DNA of 64,000 bases from the human T2T-CHM13v2.0 reference genome, Homo sapiens, in the NCBI RefSeq assembly GCF_009914755.1, contig NC_060941.1; one strand, given 5' to 3'. Of this stretch, positions 55,701 through 64,000 are shown one piece after another. How positions within the stretch are numbered: the first letter of the stretch is position 1; each line of letters starts with the position of its first letter. The translations under genes were made by a program, and so were the position numbers. Below the pieces are notes generated by a model, which worked only from the letters and a program-made list of their open reading frames with translations, made no database searches and was not told the DNA's origin.

Positions 55701-58700
55701 TTGGTGATGTTTGCATTCAAATCCCAGAGTTGAACCTTCCTTTGATAGTTCAGGTTTGAAACACTCTTTTTGTAGGATCTGCAAGTGGATATTTGGACCA
55801 CTCTGTGGCCTTCGTTCGAAACGGGTATATCTTCGCATAAAATCTAGACAGAAGCCTTCTCAGAAACTTCTCTGTGATGATTGCATTCAACTCACAGAGT
55901 TGAACCCTCCTATGGATAGAGCAGTGTTGAAACTCTCTTTTTGTGGAATCTGCAAGTGGATATGTGGACCTCTGCGAAGATGTCTTTGGAAACGGGAATA
56001 TCTTCACATAAAAACTAAACAGAAGCATTCTCAGAAACTTCTCTGTGATGTTTGTGTTCAACTCCCAGAGTTTCACATTGCTTTTCATAGAGTAGTTCTG
56101 AAACATGCTTTTCGTAGTGTCTACAAGTGGACATTTGGAGCGCTTTCAGGCCTGTGGTGGAAAACGAATTATGGTCACATAAAAACTGGAGAGAAGCATT
56201 GTCAGAAACTTCTTTGTGATGATTGCATTCAACTCACAGAGTTGAAGGTTCCTTTTCAAAGAGCAGTTTCCAATCACTCTTTCTGTGGAATCTGCAAGTG
56301 GATATTTGGACCTATTTTGAAGATTTCGTTGGAAACGGGAGAATCTTCACAGGAAAGCTAAACAGAAGCATTCTCAGAAACTTCTTTGTGATGCTTGCAT
56401 TCAACTCACAGAGTTGAACTTTCCTTTCGAGAGAGAAGCTTTGAAACACTCTTTTTCCAGAATCTGCAAGTGGACATTTGGAGGGCTTTGAGGCCTGTGG
56501 TGGAAAAGGAATTATCTTCCCGTAAAAGCTAGATAGAAGCATTCTCAGAAACTACTTTGTGATGATTGCATTCAAGTCACAGAGTTGAACATTCCCTTTG
56601 ACAGAGCAGTTTGGAAACTCTCTTTGTGTAGAATCTGCAAGTGGAGATATGGACCGCTTTGAGGCCTATGGTAGTAAAGGAAATAGCTTCATATAAAAGC
56701 TAGACAGTAGCATTCACAGAAAACTCTTGGTGACGACTGAGTTTAACTCACAGAGCTGAACATTCCTTTGGATGGAGCAGTTTCGAAACACACTATTTGT
56801 AGAATGTGCAAGTGGATATTTAGGCCTCTCTGAGGATTTCGTTGGAAACGGGATAAACCGCACAGAACTAAACAGAAGCATTCTCAGAACCTTCTTCGTG
56901 ATGTTTGCATTCAACTCACAGTGTTGAACCTTTCTTTGATAGTTCAGGTTTGAAACGGTCTTTCTGTAGAAACTGCAAGTAGATATTTGGACCGCTCTGA
57001 GGATTTCGTTGGAAACGGGATAACCCGCACAGAACTAAAACAGAAGCATTCTCAGAACCCTCTTCGTGATGTTTGCATTCAACTCACAGTGCTGAACCTT
57101 TCTTTGATAGTTCAGCTTTGAAACACTCTTTTTGTAGAAACTGCAAGTGGATATTTGGTCCTCTCTGAGCATTTCGTTGGAAACGGGATAAACTGCACAG
57201 AACTAAACAGAAGCATTCTCAGAACCTTCTTCGTGATGTCTGCATTCAACTCACAGTGTGGAACCTTTCTTTGATAGTTCAGGTTTGAAACACTCTTTTT
57301 GTAGAAACTGCAAGGGGATAATTGCACTCTTTGAGGAGTACCGTAGTAAAGGAAATAACTTCCTATAAAAAGAAGACAGAAGCTTTCTCAGAAAATTCTT
57401 TGGGATGATTGAGTTGAACTCACAGAGCTGAGCATTCCTTGCGATGTAGCAGTTTAGAAACACACTTTCTGCAGAATCTGCAAGTGCATATTTGGACCTC
57501 TGTGAGGAATTCGTTGGAAACGGGATAATTTCAGCTGACTAAACAGAAGCAGTCTCAGAATCTTCTTTGTGATGTTTGCATTCAAATCCCCGAGTTGAAC
57601 TTTCCTTTCAAAGTTCACGTTTGAAACACTCTTTTTGCAGGATCTACAAGTGGATATTTGGACCACTCTGTGTCCTTCGTTCGAAACGGGTATATCTTCA
57701 CATGACATCTAGACAGAAGCATCCTCAGAAGCTTCTCTGTGATGACTGCATTCAACTCACGGAGTTGAACACTCCTTTTGAGAGCGCAGTTTTGAAACTC
57801 TCTTTCTGTGGCATCTGCAAGGGGACATGTAGACCTCTTTGAAGATTTCGTTGGAAACGGAATCATCTTCACATAAAAACTACACAGATGCATTCTCAGG
57901 AACTTTTTGGTGATGTTTGTATTCAACTCCCAGAGTTGAACTTTCCTTTGGAAAGAGCAGCTATGAAACACTCTTTTTCTAGAATCTGCAAGTGGACGTT
58001 TGGAGGGCTTTGTGGTTTGTGGTGGAAAAGGAAATATCTTCACCTAAATACTAGATAGAAGCATTCTCAGAAACTGCTTTGTGATGATTGCATTCACCTC
58101 ACAGAGTTGAACATTCCTATTGATAGAGCAGTTTGGAAACACTCTTGTTGTGGAATGTGCAAGTGGAGATTTGGAGCGCTTTGAGGCCTATGGTAGTAAA
58201 GGGAATAGCTTCATAGAAAAACTAGACAGAAGCATTCTCAGAATATACTTTGTGATGATTGAGTTTAACTCACAGAGCTGAACATTCCTTTGGATGGAGC
58301 AGGTTTGAGACACACTTTTTGTAGAATCTACAAGTGGATATTTGGACCTCTCTGAGGATTTCGTTGGAAACGGGATAACTGCACCTAACTAAACGGAAGC
58401 ATTCTCAGAAACTTCTTGGTGATGTTTGCATTCAAATCCCAGAGTTGAACCTTCCTTTGATAGTTCAGGTTTGAAACACTCTTTTTGTAGGATCTGCAAG
58501 TGGATATTTGGACCACTCTGTGGCCTTCGTTCGAAACGGGTATATCTTCGCATAAAATCTAGACAGAAGCCTTCTCAGAAACTTCTCTGTGATGATTGCA
58601 TTCAACTCACAGAGTTGAACCCTCCTATGGATAGAGCAGTGTTGAAACTCTCTTTTTGTGGAATCTGCAAGTGGATATGTGGACCTCTCCGAAGATGTCT

Positions 58701-61700
58701 TTGGAAACGGGAATATCTTCACATAAAAACTAAACAGAAGCATTCTCAGAAACTTCTCTGTGATGTTTGTGTTCAACTCCCAGAGTTTCACATTGCTTTT
58801 CATAGAGTAGTTCTGAAACATGCTTTTCGTAGTGTCTACAAGTGGACATTTGGAGCGCTTTCAGGCCTGTGGTGGAAAACGAATTATGGTCACATAAAAA
58901 CTGGAGAGAAGCATTGTCAGAAACTTCTTTGTGATGATTGCATTCAACTCACAGAGTTGAAGGTTCCTTTTCAAAGAGCAGTTTCCAATCACTCTTTGTG
59001 TGGAATCTGCAAGTGGATATTTGGACCTATTTTGAAGATTTCGTTGGAAACGGGAGAATCTTCACAGGAAAGCTAAACAGAAGCATTCTCAGAAACTTCT
59101 TTGTGATGCTTGCATTCAACTCACAGAGTTGAACTTTCCTTTCGAGAGAGAAGCTTTGAAACACTCTTTTTCCAGAATCTGCAAGTGGACATTTGGAGGG
59201 CTTTGAGGCCTGTGGTGGAAAAGGAATTATCTTCCCGTAAAAGCTAGATAGAAGCATTCTCAGAAACTACTTTGTGATGATTGCATTCAAGTCACAGAGT
59301 TGAACATTCCCTTTGACAGAGCAGTTTGGAAACTCTCTTTGTGTAGAATCTGCAAGTGGAGATATGGACCGCTTTGAGGCCTATGGTAGTAAAGGAAATA
59401 GCTTCATATAAAAGCTAGACAGTAGCATTCACAGAAAACTCTTGGTGACGACTGAGTTTAACTCACAGAGCTGAACATTCCTTTGGATGGAGCAGTTTCG
59501 AAACACACTATTTGTAGAATGTGCAAGTGGATATTTAGGCCTCTCTGAGGATTTCGTTGGAAACGGGATAAACCGCACAGAACTAAACAGAAGCATTCTC
59601 AGAACCTTCTTCGTGATGTTTGCATTCAACTCACAGTGTTGAACCTTTCTTTGATAGTTCAGGTTTGAAACGGTCTTTCTGTAGAAACTGCAAGTAGATA
59701 TTTGGACCGCTCTGAGGATTTCGTTGGAAACGGGATAACCCGCACAGAACTAAAACAGAAGCATTCTCAGAACCCTCTTCGTGATGTTTGCATTCAACTC
59801 ACAGTGCTGAACCTTTCTTTGATAGTTCAGCTTTGAAACACTCTTTTTGTAGAAACTGCAAGTGGATATTTGGTCCTCTCTGAGGATTTCGTTGGAAACG
59901 GGATAAACTGCACAGAACTAAACAGAAGCATTCTCAGAACCTTCTTCGTGATGTCTGCATTCAACTCACAGTGTGGAACCTTTCTTTGATAGTTCAGGTT
60001 TGAAACACTCTTTTTGTAGAAACTGCAAGGGGATAATTGCACTCTTTGAGGAGTACCGTAGTAAAGGAAATAACTTCCTATAAAAAGAAGACAGAAGCTT
60101 TCTCAGAAAATTCTTTGGGATGATTGAGTTGAACTCACAGAGCTGAGCATTCCTTGCGATGTAGCAGTTTAGAAACACACTTTCTGCAGAATCTGCAAGT
60201 GCATATTTGGACCTCTGTGAGGAATTCGTTGGAAACGGGATAATTTCAGCTGACTAAACAGAAGCAGTCTCAGAATCTTCTTTGTGATGTTTGCATTCAA
60301 ATCCCCGAGTTGAACTTTCCTTTCAAAGTTCACGTTTGAAACACTCTTTTTGCAGGATCTACAAGTGGATATTTGGACCACTCTGTGTCCTTCGTTCGAA
60401 ACGGGTATATCTTCACATGACATCTAGACAGAAGCATCCTCAGAAGCTTCTCTGTGATGACTGCATTCAACTCACGGAGTTGAACACTCCTTTTGAGAGC
60501 GCAGTTTTGAAACTCTCTTTCTGTGGCATCTGCAAGGGGACATGTAGACCTCTTTGAAGATTTCGTTGGAAACGGAATCATCTTCACATAAAAACTATAC
60601 AGATGCATTCTCAGGAACTTTTTGGTGATGTTTGTATTCAACTCCCAGAGTTGAACTTTCCTTTGGAAAGAGCAGCTATGAAACACTCTTTTTCTAGAAT
60701 CTGCAAGTGGACGTTTGGAGGGCTTTGTGGTTTGTGGTGGAAAAGGAAATATCTTCACCTAAATACTAGATAGAAGCATTCTCAGAAACTGCTTTGTGAT
60801 GATTGCATTCACCTCACAGAGTTGAACATTCCTATTGATAGAGCAGTTTGGAAACACTCTTGTTGTGGAATGTGCAAGTGGAGATTTGGAGCGCTTTGAG
60901 GCCTATGGTAGTAAAGGGAATAGCTTCATAGAAAAACTAGACAGAAGCATTCTCAGAAAATACTTTGTGATGATTGAGTTTAACTCACAGAGCTGAACAT
61001 TCCTTTGGATGGAGCAGGTTTGAGACACACTTTTTGTAGAATCTACAAGTGGATATTTGGACCTCTCTGAGGATTTCGTTGGAAACGGGATAACTGCACC
61101 TAACTAAACGGAAGCATTCTCAGAAACTTCTTGGTGATGTTTGCATTCAAATCCCAGAGTTGAACCTTCCTTTGATAGTTCAGGTTTGAAACACTCTTTT
61201 TGTAGGATCTGCAAGTGGATATTTGGACCACTCTGTGGCCTTCGTTCGAAACGGGTATATCTTCGCATAAAATCTAGACAGAAGCCTTCTCAGAAACTTC
61301 TCTGTGATGATTGCATTCAACTCACAGAGTTGAACCCTCCTATGGATAGAGCAGTGTTGAAACTCTCTTTTTGTGGAATCTGCAAGTGGATATGTGGACC
61401 TCTCCGAAGATGTCTTTGGAAACGGGAATATCTTCACATAAAAACTAAACAGAAGCATTCTCAGAAACTTCTCTGTGATGTTTGTGTTCAACTCCCAGAG
61501 TTTCACATTGCTTTTCATAGAGTAGTTCTGAAACATGCTTTTCGTAGTGTCTACAAGTGGACATTTGGAGCGCTTTCAGGCCTGTGGTGGAAAACGAATT
61601 ATGGTCACATAAAAACTGGAGAGAAGCATTGTCAGAAACTTCTTTGTGATGATTGCATTCAACTCACAGAGTTGAAGGTTCCTTTTCAAAGAGCAGTTTC

Positions 61701-62936
61701 CAATCACTCTTTGTGTGGAATCTGCAAGTGGATATTTGGACCTATTTTGAAGATTTCGTTGGAAACGGGAGAATCTTCACAGGAAAGCTAAACAGAAGCA
61801 TTCTCAGAAACTTCTTTGTGATGCTTGCATTCAACTCACAGAGTTGAACTTTCCTTTCGAGAGAGAAGCTTTGAAACACTCTTTTTCCAGAATCTGCAAG
61901 TGGACATTTGGAGGGCTTTGAGGCCTGTGGTGGAAAAGGAATTATCTTCCCGTAAAAGCTAGATAGAAGCATTCTCAGAAACTACTTTGTGATGATTGCA
62001 TTCAAGTCACAGAGTTGAACATTCCCTTTGACAGAGCAGTTTGGAAACTCTCTTTGTGTAGAATCTGCAAGTGGAGATATGGACCGCTTTGAGGCCTATG
62101 GTAGTAAAGGAAATAGCTTCATATAAAAGCTAGACAGTAGCATTCACAGAAAACTCTTGGTGACGACTGAGTTTAACTCACAGAGCTGAACATTCCTTTG
62201 GATGGAGCAGTTTCGAAACACACTATTTGTAGAATGTGCAAGTGGATATTTAGGCCTCTCTGAGGATTTCGTTGGAAACGGGATAAACCGCACAGAACTA
62301 AACAGAAGCATTCTCAGAACCTTCTTCGTGATGTTTGCATTCAACTCACAGTGTTGAACCTTTCTTTGATAGTTCAGGTTTGAAACGGTCTTTCTGTAGA
62401 AACTGCAAGTAGATATTTGGACCTCTCTGAGGATTTCGTTGGAAACGGGATAACCCGCACAGAACTAAAACAGAAGCATTCTCAGAACCCTCTTCGTGAT
62501 GTTTGCATTCAACTCACAGTGCTGAACCTTTCTTTGATAGTTCAGCTTTGAAACACTCTTTTTGTAGAAACTGCAAGTGGATATTTGGTCCTCTCTGAGC
62601 ATTTCGTTGGAAACGGGATAAACTGCACAGAACTAAACAGAAGCATTCTCAGAACCTTCTTCGTGATGTCTGCATTCAACTCACAGTGTGGAACCTTTCT
62701 TTGATAGTTCAGGTTTGAAACACTCTTTTTGTAGAAACTGCAAGGGGATAATTGCACTCTTTGAGGAGTACCGTAGTAAAGGAAATAACTTCCTATAAAA
62801 AGAAGACAGAAGCTTTCTCAGAAAATTCTTTGGGATGATTGAGTTGAACTCACAGAGCTGAGCATTCCTTGCGATGTAGCAGTTTAGAAACACACTTTCT
62901 GCAGAATCTGCAAGTGCATATTTGGACCTCTGTGAG
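16782..62936 (+). repeat. Seventeen canonical 16-mer HOR units (EcoRI phase)
   Basis: GAATTC at 16782 and then every 2,715 bp to 62937 (46,155 = 17 x 2,715); ORF track offsets agree. Confidence 0.95.
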
Positions 62937-64000
62937 GAATTCGTTGGAAACGGGATAATTTCAGCTGACTAAACAGAAGCAGTCTCAGAATCTTCTTTGT
63001 GATGTTTGCATTCAAATCCCCGAGTTGAACTTTCCTTTCAAAGTTCACGTTTGAAACACTCTTTTTGCAGGATCTACAAGTGGATATTTGGACCACTCTG
63101 TGTCCTTCGTTCGAAACGGGTATATCTTCACATGACATCTAGACAGAAGCATCCTCAGAAGCTTCTCTGTGATGACTGCATTCAACTCACGGAGTTGAAC
63201 ACTCCTTTTGAGAGCGCAGTTTTGAAACTCTCTTTCTGTGGCATCTGCAAGGGGACATGTAGACCTCTTTGAAGATTTCGTTGGAAACGGAATCATCTTC
63301 ACATAAAAACTATACAGATGCATTCTCAGGAACTTTTTGGTGATGTTTGTATTCAACTCCCAGAGTTGAACTTTCCTTTGGAAAGAGCAGCTATGAAACA
63401 CTGTTTTTCTAGAATCTGCAAGTGGACGTTTGGAGGGCTTTGTGGTTTGTGGTGGAAAAGGAAATATCTTCACCTAAATACTAGATAGAAGCATTCTCAG
63501 AAACTGCTTTGTGATGATTGCATTCACCTCACAGAGTTGAACATTCCTATTGATAGAGCAGTTTGGAAACACTCTTGTTGTGGAATGTGCAAGTGGAGAT
63601 TTGGAGCGCTTTGAGGCCTATGGTAGTAAAGGGAATAGCTTCATAGAAAAACTAGACAGAAGCATTCTCAGAAAATACTTTGTGATGATTGAGTTTAACT
63701 CACAGAGCTGAACATTCCTTTGGATGGAGCAGGTTTGAGACACACTTTTTGTAGAATCTACAAGTGGATATTTGGACCTCTCTGAGGATTTCGTTGGAAA
63801 CGGGATAACTGCACCTAACTAAACGGAAGCATTCTCAGAAACTTCTTGGTGATGTTTGCATTCAAATCCCAGAGTTGAACCTTCCTTTGATAGTTCAGGT
63901 TTGAAACACTCTTTTTGTAGGATCTGCAAGTGGATATTTGGACCACTCTGTGGCCTTCGTTCGAAACGGGTATATCTTCGCATAAAATCTAGACAGAAGC
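62937..64000 (+). repeat. Partial HOR unit truncated by the window end
   Basis: Matches positions 658-1721 of the first unit apart from SNVs. Confidence 0.95.

Larger units (their letters stand above)
1..64000 (+). repeat. D17Z1: Centromeric alpha satellite HOR array, 16-monomer 2,715 bp unit (likely human chr17 D17Z1, SF3 pentameric family); extends beyond both window edges
   Basis: Seen: hallmark alphoid motifs (CATTCTCAGAAAC, TGCATTCAACTCACAGAGTTGAAC, TTCGTTGGAAACGGGA) recurring every ~170 bp, and near-identical recurrence every 2,715 bp (also visible in the ORF track). Established: D17Z1 is a ~2.7 kb EcoRI-defined 16-mer with 15-mer and 14-mer variants. Alpha satellite is near-certain; the chr17 assignment is inference. 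Confidence 0.93.

Noticed and set aside
1-64000. Hidden transposon insertion, inversion, 13-mer/14-mer variants or a novel gene system
   Set aside because: EcoRI spacing and ORF offsets are exactly 2,715 bp everywhere except the single 2,549 bp unit, and orientation never changes, leaving no room for inserted sequence.

Overview
The whole 64 kb window is primate centromeric alpha satellite: head-to-tail ~167-172 bp monomers in one orientation, organised as a 2,715 bp, 16-monomer higher-order repeat (HOR) with an EcoRI site (GAATTC) at the same position in every unit. Unit size, EcoRI periodicity, pentameric (SF3) substructure and a 15-mer variant match human chromosome 17 D17Z1 (inferred, not database-checked). 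There are 24 periodic EcoRI sites delimiting 23 complete units: 22 canonical 16-mers and one 2,549 bp 15-mer (14233-16781). I saw no genes, transposon insertions, inversions or RNA genes, and the ORF track is repeat artefact. I found no evidence for a novel biological system. The informative signal is array micro-evolution: a one-monomer deletion whose breakpoint lies in a 32 bp identical tract containing a CENP-B box, a small conversion-like patch in that same unit, blocks of adjacent units sharing SNVs, and a CENP-B box-disrupting SNV in three adjacent units. Variants were read by eye, so the list may be incomplete.
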